In this document: piece by piece, positions 26,125 to 40,365 of the stretch
Numbering within the stretch: the stretch's first letter is position 1
How the letters are laid out: each line of letters begins with the position of its first letter
Assembly: GCA_951406725.2 (NCBI GenBank)
Contig: OX597814.1
Span: 94,798,001 to 94,862,000 of the forward strand
Direction: 5' to 3'
Source: Octopus vulgaris
Lineage: Eukaryota
DNA length: 64,000 bases
The notes under the pieces: generated by a model
What the model was told of the DNA's origin: nothing
The model's input: only the letters and a program-made list of their open reading frames with translations
Databases searched by the model: none
Position numbers and translations under genes: made by a program

Positions 26125-26412
26125 ACCAAGAAAGTTCCCCTCCGAGGTATAAGTCCGGGCAAGGTCGTTTATGGAAGACTAGCAATTGCTCGTGTATACC
26201 ATCCCTCCCCACGTCACCGATATTATCCAAGGGAAAGGCAAAAACAGTTACAACTTGACACTAGTGACGTCATTCCTACAGCTGAGTTAGCCGGAGTAAC
26301 ATGAAATAAAGTATCTTGCTCAAGAACACATTACACAGCCTGTTCCGGGAATCGAACTCACTACCTCATGCGATTGTGAGCTCAACGCTCTAACCACTGA
26401 GTCATACACCTT
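26125..26412 (-). mobile_element. tRNA-derived SINE (family C)
   Basis: Minus strand CTCAGTGGTTAGAGCG (A box) and GAGTTCGATTCCCGG (B box), then TCTTGAGCAAGATACTT. Confidence 0.8.
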
Positions 26413-28048
26413 CATTCGGTCATGTATTAGATTACTTATTGTATCATTGTAACATTTCTAAACAAACATGTTTTTCGTGTAGAGTATCAAGAACAAATGT
26501 ACCTTCAAGGCTCTATCGCTCACCAAACATCACACATGAAAGTACTTATACTTCGTATTATAAGTTCATGAAACGCTCGTCAATAAAGCACAACACTTGT
26601 TGCTGAGGACTATTAATTGTTGTGCCTAATCATGATTTGCTATGTATACAACATATAGCATACAAGTTAGAATATCATTGATATCAGTTGCGGGATTCGA
26701 TCTGCAAAACTTCAGTCAACGTCGTGATAATATCTTTAATCTGCGGTGTTGTTTCTAGAAAAATGAAGCAGTAGTACAACAGAAACATGATAAATATCAA
26801 CTAAGAGAATTGATGGATATTTTCGATTTAGCATCCATATAAACGATGTGGGCAAAAATGTTTTAATTTCAACTTCACAAACATTTTAATTGGTGCAGTC
26901 GAGACTATATAATTTCACGCACCTCAAACACATCAATTCACAGTTATAACTGCCAAGTTATCAATTGTACTTTTAATTAAATATCCACAAAACCTGTTTC
27001 TAAACAAAACGCAGTTTACCAACGAAAGATAAGAACAAATCATGAGGATGAATTTCTGAAAATACAAAATATAAGGAAAAAAATGACTTTTCTGAAGAAA
27101 ACTATTGACATTTTTACAAGTATAAATTTTAATGAGAACAGTTAAGTATAGTCGTTTGAATCAGCTACTGTACATGATAGGCATTTTTACATGATTTGAT
27201 TAAAGGGAAAGAAAGAGAATGCCGCAAGGAATTCAACTTGCTAAATTGAGGTACATAACAAGATAATTGGCATAATACGTAAGTAGAATCACTTCTGGTT
27301 TTATTTGAACTGAGGAACGGGTAGCACTTTGTCAGACATTGAGGCTGGGATAATAGACTTCAGGGAAATGTTCTGCATACTAAATATATAATATCGTAGG
27401 GTCTCGTATGTAATTTTACTTTTGTTTAGTGTACATCACGCATTCCTGAAGTATTTTTTCTCAGACATATTGTTGATATTCACAGTCAGCATCACTATAT
27501 TTCCTATCACCCTCGCACTCTTTCCCTGAGGTACCCAAAAGTAACCGGAAATGTTCTCTGTAGGACAAGCCCTTTGTAGTTCAGGTTTCCGCTACTAGAA
27601 ACCACTAGAAACGTTGTCGCTTGCAGTCAAATTGAGTGCAATATGCTTCGCTAAGGCAGTCTATTTGGTGGGTAGTTTCTTTGCTTTCCGTTTCTAAATT
27701 TCTAGTAGCACTAGGTAGAGTACGGTGCTCCTCGATTTCGGTAACAGAATAATAATACGATGGACGAACAGTACTATTCCACATATGAACTAATATTGAG
27801 ACAATTAGATGTAAAGGCAGAAAGACAGACAGACAGACAGGTATCTATCCACAGAGTCAGGTTGTGACAGCTTTAGGGAAGAGTGGAAGAAATGATACTT
27901 CGTTGGTAAATATATGAGACAAAAAGAAACATAAATACACGAAGATAGATTGGTTTCGGAGACAAAGAAAGCTTAGAATATATTTTATAGAGAAAAATAC
28001 ACATGCATGTATATATGTGTGTGGGCATATTCATACGTAAGTATGTGT

Positions 28049-28408
28049 GGAGGCACAATGGCCCAGTGGTTAGGGCAGTGAACTCGTAGTTGTAGGATTG
28101 CGGTTTCAATTCACAGACCGGGCGTTGTGAGAGTTTATTGAGCGAAAACCCTCAAAGTTCCACAAGGCTCCGGCTGGGTGTGGTGGTGAACCCTGCTGTA
28201 TTCATCCACCACAACTTTCTCTCAATCTTTCTTCCTGTTTCTGTTGTACCTGTATTTCAAAGGGCCAGCCTTATCGCAATCTGTATCACGCTGAATCTCC
28301 CGAGAACTACGTTAAGGGTACCCGTGTCTGTGGAGAGATCAGCCACTTGTACGTTATTTTCACGATCAGACTGAAACCCTCGTCGTAATCGACGGAGTGC
28401 AACGACGT
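28049..28408 (+). mobile_element. tRNA-derived SINE (family D)
   Basis: TGGCCCAGTGGTTAGGGC A box and GGTTTCAATTC B box; GC-rich body between microsatellites. Confidence 0.8.
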
Positions 28409-28423
28409 AAGTATGTATGCACA

Positions 28424-28463
<40 letters not shown>

Positions 28464-28539
28464 TACATATATATATATACGTATATACAGATATGTATGC
28501 CTATACATATATATATATACATGTATGTATATATATATA

Positions 28540-28585
<46 letters not shown>

Positions 28586-28811
28586 TATGTATAGACATAC
28601 ACACACACATTCATACATACATACATACATACATACATACATACATACATACATACATACATACATACATACATACATACATACATACTTGAGACAGTGA
28701 TGCAAACATGAAATTCTATTTGTGTTTTATGCGAGAGACACAGTTTGTGAGAATATGTTTGAGTACATGAATATTCACACACACGTACGCACGCAAACAC
28801 AGCACACAGCA

Positions 28812-28861
<50 letters not shown>

Positions 28862-29089
28862 CCTCATCCAACACATTCAGGGCACAAGGAATTGATGAAA
28901 CAATGGAGAAAATGAAGACTAGAAAAAAAAAACAAATCAACGGAAGAAATAAAATCTAAATTTTATTTTAGAAAAAATTGAATATCTTTAAATAAATACA
29001 TAAAAAAAAGAAATACGAAAGATGTGTATTTATGTATGTATGTATGTATGTATGTATGTATGTATGTATGTATATATATATACATATAC

Positions 29090-29120
<31 letters not shown>

Positions 29121-29429
29121 TATACATACACACTCACATACATACACACACTCGGAGGAGGAAAAAGAAAATCATTAATATTTCGTGTTATCTAAACATG
29201 AAGATAAATTTGCTTTTGTGTTATCGTGTCTGTTATACTCTCTTGTTACATTCACCCAGCACTTCTATTTCCATCGCCACCGACTAGCGCACCACCGATG
29301 CGTCATCACCATCAACTTGAAACACGTGCATTTTATCACCAGGTTTGTTTTTGTTTTTGTTTTTAAACCATCACTATTATTTTCATTACTATCAGCGACA
29401 CCAAATCTACATTAACCCTACAAGCCGAC

Positions 29430-30370
29430 ACAGCCTTCACATAGTCGATCGAGCTCCTTGGAAACCAGTCAAATATCCTTCAAATCACATTCAACTGTCT
29501 TAGAGGGCACGCTGTATAAACTGGTCCAAGGCTCCTTACACATAGGTAAACTGGTATGGTCTCAGTAGAAAGGACTTTGTTCATAAATTTGCTCGATCAG
29601 AGCTGACCAGGGTATAAACAATAGCAACAATAATATTGGCCCTACAAGCTGATGGAAAAGCACTCCTAAAAATAGCAACCAAATCGCCCTCAAATTCTAC
29701 CCAACTGTCTCTAAAAAGGAGATGCTGAACATTTTAGTTCCTAAGTTCTCTGTACGTAGGAATAAAATCAACTGGACGATCACGGTTAGAATAGCTATCA
29801 TCGTATATCTACTTACTCAGTGTTGATCTAGAACTGGACATCAATAACAGCAGGAACACTATTCCTGCTGTCAATACAATCATCGCCATCATTATCACAA
29901 TTCTAATTACAATCAAAGGTAACAGTATCATAACGACAACCGTCATTATCACAATTATCGTTAACATCACAGCCATCGAGCTAAAAGAGCAGCCTTTATT
30001 TGATTATTCAATTTGCTTCACACAGCAGTTACATCTCATTCGGATCACACTTATACTCTAAGGAAAGACATATATACAAGATAAAATGGTTACTACTAGA
30101 ATACCTTTGGTCATAAATGTGCTAAACAACAACAACACTAATATCAACATCACCATAACAATCCAATGAGGGAGACTCTACTCTACACAATTGTCTATCT
30201 TGAGGCAATAGCAACCAGCTCTGACTCATCATATTCTATTGCTTATAAAAGGAAATACACTGGATAAAGCAGTCCTGAAAATATAGTCTGAAAACAAAAT
30301 TATGTGAGAGGATCACGAATATAATGCGTTTTATTATAGACCTAATCGATCAGGATTGACCTGGATCTAT
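29430..30370 (+). repeat. Cluster of ~4 decayed ~200-bp repeats
   Basis: Recurrent CAAATCAC..CTGTCTT...GATCAG.G.TGA(C/T)C motifs. Similar pieces near 390-540, 36710-36900 and 61240-61400. Confidence 0.5.
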
Positions 30371-30523
30371 ATATACGCCAATAAAATCACCTTTAAATTA
30401 TTGTTTCTACATGCAGCGCCTTAAATATTTTGTCGGAGAAAAATTTATTCAACTCAGAGAAGACATGTTAGAGCGACTATATTGAAAAGCAAAAAAGAAA
30501 TACTCCCATTCTGATCATGCAAT

Positions 30524-30584
<61 letters not shown>

Positions 30585-30750
30585 TACTAAATATGTATAA
30601 ATATATAAATAATGTATCCGGAACTAAATTATTCAATGTGACCTTATTTTTTAGAGAGTAAGCTGTGATTTGAGGGAGACTTCACTGAAATATAAGACAA
30701 ATACCTCTTTAGTTCAGTATCTCCATTATCATACTGGATTTAATACTGCA

Positions 30751-30814
<64 letters not shown>

Positions 30815-31025
30815 GGATAAGATCGATCTTTAAATACCGATCTTATCAGGTGGCCAGCATGGGAATAAAACCTTTAAAGGTAATAATTATTATTAAACTT
30901 ATAATTTAGAGATACCACTAGGATTAAAATGACAGCCAAAACGTGACTCTAAAACCACATTAAATGTTCATACAGCACCATAAGACAAAGAGACAAAATA
31001 AACTAGCAAAAAAAATTACCGGATA

Positions 31026-31084
31026 ATTCCAGATCCTAGATTTCTGGTTCTGCATAAGAAATGCTCTGCCTTCATCAGTGGAAT
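31026..31084 (-). ncRNA. Type I hammerhead ribozyme within a (TA)n-flanked unit (30810-31110)
   Basis: Minus strand ATTCCA-CTGATGA-AGG..GCAT-TTCTT-ATGC..CCA-GAAA-TCTAGGA-TC-TGGAAT. Confidence 0.8.
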
Positions 31085-31939
31085 ATACTTAGATAACACA
31101 TAAATACAAATATATATATACAACATAATTTATGTGTGTGTGTGTGTGTGTGTAAACAAAACTGCTACAATTAATTGTAATATAAATAAAGATTTTAAAA
31201 CCATGATTCAACTGTAATAGCAATGGAGGTGATTATCAAACCAGAATTCAATTCGATTTAAAAAGTAACGCTATCATCTTCAACTGAATACCAATGCAGG
31301 AAGCTTCTTTGAATTAGTTCACTTTGAAAACGTCGTAAGTGAGAGTCCCTTAATGAAATTGCAGCGACTACGATGCATAATTGCATACAGAGCAATGTGT
31401 AATTGCTGCAGTAGAAACATATGTTGGTCATTGTTATATATGCTGTAGAAAACATTTTAATAAAAATGTTTTGGATGTGAATAGATCACCACTCTCCTCT
31501 TGGTTTTCAATTATATACTCTACAGAACATTTGCAGTTCTAAATAGGAACAAGGAAGTACCCAACAAGTAGAGTTTACGAGTACCAGTATCTATTTATAC
31601 TTGAGTACTATGTAATTTGACTGTTGTGGATAGTCTGCATCTATATCATTTTATGAGATAATTCAGTATACGCCTGCTTACGAGTCTCATAGTGTCCTAT
31701 GAAATGATATACTGAGATAATCTAGTTCTAGATATAATGTCTGAGAATACGGAGATGATCACAATATCAATCAAAATATGACTGATCTTGGAATTAATCG
31801 GAGTCAGCTGGCTTGATCTGGGTTTAAAAAAAAGACCGACAAAAATTACTAATTTTATACTTGAATGCAAATCAACAACTTTCAAGAAAAAAAATCAGAG
31901 ATAGCCAATTGAATCGATTCGCAATGCGTGGTGATTGAC

Positions 31940-32148
31940 AAGGCAGTGAGCTAGCAGGATCGTTACCACGTTATCACTTAGCAGCATTTCTTCCGACTTT
32001 ACGCTCTGATTTCAAATGCCGAGGTTGAGTTTGCTTTTTATCCTTTCAGGATTCATAAAACAAGTAACATTTGAACGATGGGAGTTACTGTAATCGACTT
32101 AGTCCGTCTTGCAAAATAGCTGGCCTGGTGCCAAAATTTGAAATCAAT
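31940..32148 (+). mobile_element. SINE family B
   Basis: Homologous to 8062-8278. Confidence 0.8.
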
Positions 32149-33625
32149 ACACAAACATCCAAGTTATTTTATTTAGTCCGCTGCTGAAATACATCTGTCA
32201 ACTGACTACACATATCTGAAAAATAAATATTGCAGATCTTGAGTGTGGGTATAATGTTTGGGTATGATGTTTTGAGTGTATGTTGATATGCACTCAAGTA
32301 TAAAATTAGTATCGTTTTGATTAAATTAAGTACTAGCACTTGGTTAGTACTTTATTTTATCAACCCCGGAAGACTGAATTGACCACAACGGTATTTGAAA
32401 TGAGATGAAAAGGGATTCGAGCCAAAACACAGTTTCAAATTTTGACCAGTAATTTTGAGGGAAGCGACAAGTCGATCAAATCGACTCAAGTACTTATTTT
32501 ATCGACCCCAAAAGGAATGAAAAGTAAAGTCGACTTAGCTGGAATTTTAATGTAATGAACTGGAACAAATGCCACAAAGCATTTTTCCTACTCTCTAACA
32601 GTTCAGCCAACTCGCTACCTTATTCACCGCAAATAATGCATTTTGTTCAGTGTTATACTAATTTTGTCCAAATTATGTCCACGAAACAAATCAATACTGA
32701 TAATTACGTATATAAAAGTCAGAATCACACTCAAAACTCAAATTCAAATGCGTTTCACAAATGTTTTACAGTGGTTTGAAAACCCCTTTCTACGGGTGTT
32801 TAGATTTTTTTTTTAATTGTAAAGGGGGTAATTCCGAAAAAAGATCAGTTGATGGAAATTTTTGTACAGTCTCTTTACTATTTATCTTAAATTCAATTAT
32901 TGGACTACGACCATGCTAGAGCACTAGACAATGCAGTTTACAGTGGATTTAGTTAACTGGTTAAAGCAACAGACTTGTTTCTGCTTCATTGAACCACCTC
33001 GACAAGGCTTGTTCTTACAGTTGACGAGACGCAGAGTAATCAATTTATATAAAGAAACAGAGGAGATATAGTGACACAGATTAGGAATATCAACAACATA
33101 GCTTAAAGGAAAATAAATATATTGTGAGAGTGTTCTACAAACTAAATACACACATGATAGTCTTACAGGTGTAAGAAGCTACATAAAGATATGTAGGCGG
33201 ACAAACAAGGTAATGTGTGCAAATGTATTCATCAAAGTATCTGGTAAAGTATCAGTAGGATCACATCTGGATAATATGTGTGTATGTATATTTTCAGTGT
33301 ATGCAATATTGGTGTTCGTATGTGTGTAAATGTCGGATTCAAGAAAACGAAAAGAAATTAACAGCCATCATCTTAGCATTGAAAACACATTGAAAAATAG
33401 AAGCAAATAGCGGAATTTACATTTTTGATAATTTTTTTATATCGAAAAGATGTTCAACATGAGCATTAATTACTGAAATTCTCTCAGGCAAAGCAATAAC
33501 AACTACGGCAACAACTGCTAGTCTTATTCAAAGTCTATGTGATATTGTACGTTTGCTTTTGGTTGTTTTTCGTGGAGGTCGTCTTTTCATCTATGGATCA
33601 CGCATTAGACGTATAGACATACCTG

Positions 33626-33680
<55 letters not shown>

Positions 33681-33961
33681 ATGTATATATGTTTGTATGT
33701 ATGTATGTGAACACACTGACATATATATATACAATATATATAAACTTATGTTATATGTATGTATATATATTTATATGTACATACATATATACATATATAC
33801 ATATATATACATATATATATATTCATATATATCACATACGTACATACGTTTATATATATTGTATATATATATATAAATATATATACATATATATACATAT
33901 ATATGTGTATATATATATGTATATATATATATATACATACATGTAGATATATATATTGATA

Positions 33962-34010
<49 letters not shown>

Positions 34011-34558
34011 GTATGTATATGATACACATATATACAAGTAGATATATTCATATATACATACATACATGTGATGTGTATATGCGCATGTGTTTCTGTGTAT
34101 TTGTATGCGTGAAAGTAAATTGAGTTATTGAATTCTAGTTTGAATTCTAAGAATAGTTGAGTTGATATAATATATGTTATAAAAACAAAAGTATGGGCTT
34201 TGAAGAAAAAAGTAAAAAAAAATATATGTGATAAAATCCTGCAAGTCATGTTGTTGTTGCACTAATGAGTACTGAAGTAAAGGTTAACAATGGAATCTTG
34301 CATTAAACACTGTGTTGTCGAAGGTTATGCAAAATGATTTTGAAATAGCGTGCGGAGGCGGATTTCAATTCCAAGTATATAGAATGTATGTTTGTATGTA
34401 TGTATGTATGTATGTATGTATGTATGTATGTATGTATGTATGTATGTATGTATGTATGTATGTATGTATGTATGTATGTATGAATGTATGTATGTATCTA
34501 TATATGTAAAACAAAAGTCAAGGTAGAAAATGCTAAAATAATTTTATAAAAAACATTC

Positions 34559-34594
34559 CAGTACAGGTTTCAGTCATTGAGACATTTTCAACTG
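34559..34594 (-). ncRNA. Minimal hammerhead, U3-A8 variant
   Basis: Minus strand CAG-TTGAAAA-TGTC-TCAAT-GACT-GAAA-CCTG-TA-CTG. Near a microsatellite. Confidence 0.6.
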
Positions 34595-34756
34595 TAAGTA
34601 TGGAAAACAATTAAATTTTGGTCAAATTAAAAGACAAGTTTTTTAAAAGAGTATTTGCATAGTATTCAAATACAAGGGGCATTTTCCTTGTTTCTGCCTG
34701 ATTTTGTATCTCTTGTTTACTCTTGTGCGTTCGAGGTCTTTGTGAATTCCTGGCAG

Positions 34757-34900
34757 GGAAGAAGAAGAAGAAGAAGAAGAAGAAGAAGAAGAAGAAGAAG
34801 AAGAAGAAGAAGAAGAAGAAGAAGAAGAAGAAGGGGAAGAAGGAGGAGGAGGAGGGGTAGCAGCAGGAGGAGGAGCAGGAGCAGGAGGAGGAGGTGGAGA
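34757..34900. repeat. (GAA)n/(GGA)n microsatellite
   Basis: Directly visible. Confidence 0.9.
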
Positions 34901-37084
34901 ATGCGGGAGTGCCATGATAGCAGTAGAATGCTAAATGGTCAAGTGCCCTGAAAGTGACTTGCTGTGAATGATAGTAATGATTGAATTCTTGAGACGTATC
35001 TTTTGAATGTATTGTTTATAAAATTTGCGTAGGTGTTATTCTAAACAGCAATAGTGGTAGAGTTAAGAAGGAGGTGGCGGTTTTCCAGGCTTCTATTCTA
35101 CTAGGCAGCTTCCTTCTGTTGGTGCCTTTTAATACTGGCATTGTGTTGTTCCTTTCTGAAAACTAGATGTGGTTTCAGGAAAATTTGGCTGCTATCAGAA
35201 GCAGGTCGAGCAACTACTTAGAAAATCCTTCCAAGGAAACATTGGTCAAATGATTGTGGATTGAGCAATGGTTCGTGTAATTTTACTAGCACATAACTGT
35301 ATCTGATGGATCTACATACTTGAAAGGTAATGGAGTATAACTTCCTTGTTTGAAAATGTTGTAACCAAATGTTTATATCAAGTCGTCAATGATTCCTTCT
35401 GCAACTTGGCATCTTTGTTGTAAGTAATCTCTATTCTTTTCTTCCTCCCTTCTTAGTTTGGATCTAGATTAATAATCACAATACCTCATGTTTATTTGTG
35501 GATGAAGGAAAGAATAGCATGTGTTACGTTGATTCCTCGCTCATTAGCTCTGAGAGGGGAATAAAAGGGCGATAACTAGTAAACGAAAGCGGATACGGTA
35601 TCGGATTTAAATCTCTGTGAGCTTACTCTCTACTTTATGGCGCTCGGTAATATTGATTGAATTCATTGATAAGCTGCAAAGCAAAAGATAAGCTGTCAGG
35701 AACGGAGTTTCTCGCTGCTTATAAAGATGGAATTGATTGATATCATTTGACAATACACAAAGTCCCTGGCTTGTATGCAAGACGAATAAGGATATTACAA
35801 TATTCATGTCTTCTCCAACTGTATTGATGACGTCAATGAACTGAGATATCTTCAAAGAGGAATCGAAACCGATCGGGGACCTTTAATTTTATATTACTCG
35901 GCCATATATTGGAACATGGGGATTCATAAAAATTCGTTGAAGTAACCAAAAGAAAAGTAATAATAATAATAATAATAACAACAACAACAACACATACACA
36001 GACTAAACAATTTGCTTTAGAACGTGGGAAATATATTAATTTGAAACAGATGTAAGATGGCTGTTCAATCATAAATAAAATGATAAAAACGTTTGTCTTG
36101 TTACTTTTGGTGGGTGTTTTTCTTTGCATTAACAAGCGAATAACTTTCTTCAGATTCAGTTGTACTTCCCAATAATAATTGCAATTTTCTGACAACGCTG
36201 ATTGTCTTTCATCGTACTACATTTGTTGCTTAGTCTGTTTGATTCCAGTTAGTTCTTAATTCAACATACTCAATTCTATATCGTTATCTCGAGTGTTTTG
36301 TTGATTCTGATAATTTTTTTTCTCTTTACTTTATGATCATCAGTTCGCCTATTTTAATTTTCTTCTTTTCTCTCTATTACTTACTCTCAATATATTTAAT
36401 CTCTCTTCGTTTTTGTTTAGAACATATTTGCTATTGGTTCTTAGCATGTTTTGTTTCTTTTTGTCTCCTGTGTTTCTTCACGCATTAGTCTTTCAGTTAT
36501 TGTCATTCTTCTTTCCACATCTCTTCTTTATATATCTTTTCTTTCCTCTCTCTCCTCTCTCTCTCCCTCTCTCTCTCTCTCTCTGTTACTGATTAACTTT
36601 CTCTTTTGTTTTTCTCTCTTATCTTTTCTCTCATTATCTCAAATTATTTTCATCTTTCACATCCATTCCTTCTCTTTCACCCTGTCTTTCATTATCTTTT
36701 CTCGCGAGTAATTCATTACGCAATCAGTTGACCTGCGTGAAGCAGTAACCAAATTCTCTTTAGTCATACTCTACTGTCTTGAAAAAAGAAGACAGCGAAT
36801 AATGTGGTTCCTACATAGCTAAAAACAACGGAATAATCTAAGATGAAAGAAGCTTGATTTAGATCTGTCCAACCAAGGTTCACCTGTGCTAAATAACGTT
36901 CTTTCTCGCTCTAAACATTATTTATTTTACACTCTTACTTGTTTTACTAAACACTTTACCTTCCTTGGTGAAACTACACACTCATATTTAAACTGCTATT
37001 TCCTCATTAACTTTCTTTACATGTAATCAGCATCTCTTTTATATTTTCTTTATTGCATTTCGCTACCTACCTGAATGTTGCTCT

Positions 37085-37146
<62 letters not shown>

Positions 37147-37233
37147 TCCCTCCCTCTCCCTCTCTCTCTCTTTCTCTCTCTCGCTCTCTCTCCCACCCCT
37201 CTCTCTTTCTCTCTCCCTCTCTCTCCCTCCCCC

Positions 37234-37267
<34 letters not shown>

Positions 37268-37423
37268 CGATCACCTGATGGTTTCTCTTTTATTTATTGC
37301 AACTCCCTAGTCATATAACCTACTATTTCTCTATCCTTCCTTTCTCTGTTTATTTGACACTTTCTCTTTCTCAACCTCTCCCTTTCCCTCCTCTCTTTCT
37401 GTCTCCCCCTTCCTCTTTCTCTC

Positions 37424-37464
<41 letters not shown>

Positions 37465-38115
37465 CTCATTTTCATTTCTGCTCTGATGTTCTTATAATCA
37501 CTCTTTCATTCTCTTTCTTAAACTAAGTTAACATATTCCCCAGTATATTTATTAAACCTTTTCCGTTATTTTTTGTTCGTATATTTATTGCAAACGTATC
37601 TTCTAACGGAATATTCTAACAGAATAATCTAACAGAATATATGATATGGGAATAACTCCCTTTTTTCCCAACAGCAGCAACGATTTTCCTTTCTTCTCCA
37701 AATCACAATCGTTCACTAGTATTCTTTCCTCAGTGTCTCTTCCTCCATCTCCGCTCCATCTATCACATTTTTTACTACAATTTAATTTTATTCTCGTTGG
37801 TATATATTATTCCGATATAGCGTATTGTTATCGTTGTTGGTGTTTTTATATTTCCTATTTGATGTTTACCAGAGACCCAAGACAGCCATATCACGTCTTT
37901 TGACAAAGCTAAGTATTTGATGTTACTGCAGTTTAAACCCATTTCAGCTCTGAGCTGACCTATGTTCAAATGCCTTCTAGCCATCTCAAAGTTGTTTTAT
38001 GCAAAGGTTGTGCAATATGTGCGAGTGTGCGCGTGTGCACGTCTGCGTGTGTGTGCGTGTGTCTGTGTGTGTGTATGCGAGTGTGTACGCCTGCGTATGC
38101 AAGCAAATAGGTACG

Positions 38116-39716
38116 TACGAGTGTTGTGAACTGAAAAGTTCATAGTCTGACAATGAAGGAGTGATGCTAGAGCTGCGAAATCTTGTATACATTAATTTCA
38201 ACTCTGTTTATTCAGAACAGCATTATTTCTAGGTAAACTGACATGTGACTGTTCGAAGAAGACTTCGAATGTAACTAGTAGTGACCTCTTTTGAAAATCG
38301 ACAAAATTTGGCATCGTGGTATTACTAAGCACCTCCAGAAAAACGTTTTAGTCTCCAACATTCATGCTGACATGGATGCTACTTTAGGGGATGATGCCCC
38401 AGTTTTATCAGCAGTATAAAAGTGTGCAGCTGAATTTCGGAGGGAAGGGAAAGTCTAGAAGACAACCCAAGGCGTGGACGTCCTGTAACTGCCACCATGG
38501 AGGAAAACATTGATCATGTTCATCACATAGTGAGGGATGACAGTCGATGGTGGATGGGAGGTGGTTGACTGTAAATCTAATAGCCAATACTATTAGCATT
38601 TGAGAATATTCTGCGCAATGAGCTTGGCATGACGAAGGTTTCTGTTCGATACGTGCTACGTCTTCTTAACATCTGATCAAAAGCGCACCAGGCTGATCAC
38701 TTCACGGGAAAATCTGACTTTGAGGCAGACTCAGAAGGTTTCCTTGAATGTTTTCTAACTAATAAGCCGTTAAAAACGAAACTTAAGGTTCCAGTCGACC
38801 AATATTTTATACATAGTTAGGGTGGTGAGCTGGTAAAATAGTTAACACACCGGGCAAAATGTTCAGCGGCATTTCCCGTTCAAGAATTTGGACCTGGAGA
38901 TCTCCATTTCCAGCGACTTCGAGGGCCACATCCCAGTGGTGTCGGGCGTCAACGAAGAGCCCTCGACTACAACAAGACCACCAAAGTTGTTTTTTCCAAG
39001 GTCTGAGGTATCCCGCCCCGAAGCCCTAGACCATCACCTAATCACCCTTACCCGTCTTGTTGCTTAACAACAACAACTAAGGCTGAATGTGGAAATCATC
39101 ACTTTGAGCCAGAGACAATCCATGTAGTGGAAATACTCCCCCTTCATCTGCTCCAGAGAAGGCCAAGGCCGTTTCATCTACAGGGAAGGTGTTGGCCTCA
39201 GTTTTCTGGGATGCAAAATGCATTGTGTTCATTGACTATCTTCAAAATAGCCACACCATAAACAGGGAGTACTATGCCAACTTGTTGAGGCTGTTACGAA
39301 AGGTACCAAGACCAAACTCTAAGGAAAATTTACGAAAGAGGGCTTGTTTAACGAGAACAATGCTCTTGCACACCAGTCTCATTCATTTCAATGGCTGTTG
39401 TGCTTGAGTGTAGCTTTGAACTGGTTGATCACCTTCCCCCTTCTCCTGATTTGACCCCATCTGAATATTATCTGTTCTCCAACATAAAAAAACACTTGGC
39501 TTGGAACGAGTATCACATTAAGGATGACGCTATATCTGCTATCGATGACATTTTTGCCCAACAGAATGAAATTTGCTTCACCTACGAGATCTGAGCACTG
39601 CAAACCGATGGAAGACTTGCGTATACCGTAATGGGAGGGGGCTATGTTGAAAATAAATTTCATTTGGTCACAATCCATGAAAGTAACTTAACCTATGGAC
39701 TTTTCAGCCGACTACA
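38116..39716 (+). mobile_element. Decayed mariner (DD34D) transposon, interrupted at 38761-39080
   Basis: GKVLASVFWDAKCIVFIDYL..TINREYYANLL and HLPPSPDLTPSEYYLF. TIR remnants CTGAAAAGTTCATAG / CTATGGACTTTTCAG. Confidence 0.9.
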
Positions 39717-39808
39717 TTTTGCCTTTTTTACTTTCTCACTCTCTCTCCCACCCTCAAATGCACATACACATACACACACATGCACAGTAATATTTATATA
39801 TATATATA

Positions 39809-40192
39809 TCTCTCTCTATATAAACGGCAGTTTGTCTGTGCGTGTTTCTGTGTGTCTGTTTTCTCGTACCCTCACTCTGACCACGGCTTTCAACCGATTC
39901 TGATGAAACTTGACACACACATAGCCCAATGTCATAATTCAAAACTAACGCAGCGAAAATTTTGAAAAGTTCCCCCAGTTCTGAAAAAATCGATAAATTC
40001 GACATGGGGTCGAGAATTAGAAACCCAAACCACAGACCGTCTAGGGGACGCAACTCTACCTTTTTTAACTCTCAAAAAAAATTTACCATCATTTGTTTTC
40101 CATTTTTTTGCTATTTTTTGGCTATAACTCTCTAAAAATGCTTTATAGTTATTTCCCTTACAAACCTGAGCAACGCCGGGCGATACTGCTAG
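39809..40192 (+). mobile_element. Non-autonomous Helitron
   Basis: 5' TC..TATATAAA followed by GTCTGTG repeats and ACCGATTCTGATGAAACTT. 3' CCTGAGCAACGCCGGG hairpin and CTAG|T. Confidence 0.8.
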
Positions 40193-40209
40193 TACATACA
40201 TACATACCT

Positions 40210-40244
<35 letters not shown>

Positions 40245-40266
40245 CATACATACATACATACATACA

Positions 40267-40362
<96 letters not shown>

Positions 40363-40365
<3 letters not shown>

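Noticed and set aside
26340-26410. tRNA-like sequences at SINE heads (also 28049)
   Set aside because: Degenerate cloverleafs attached to SINE bodies, not tRNA genes.
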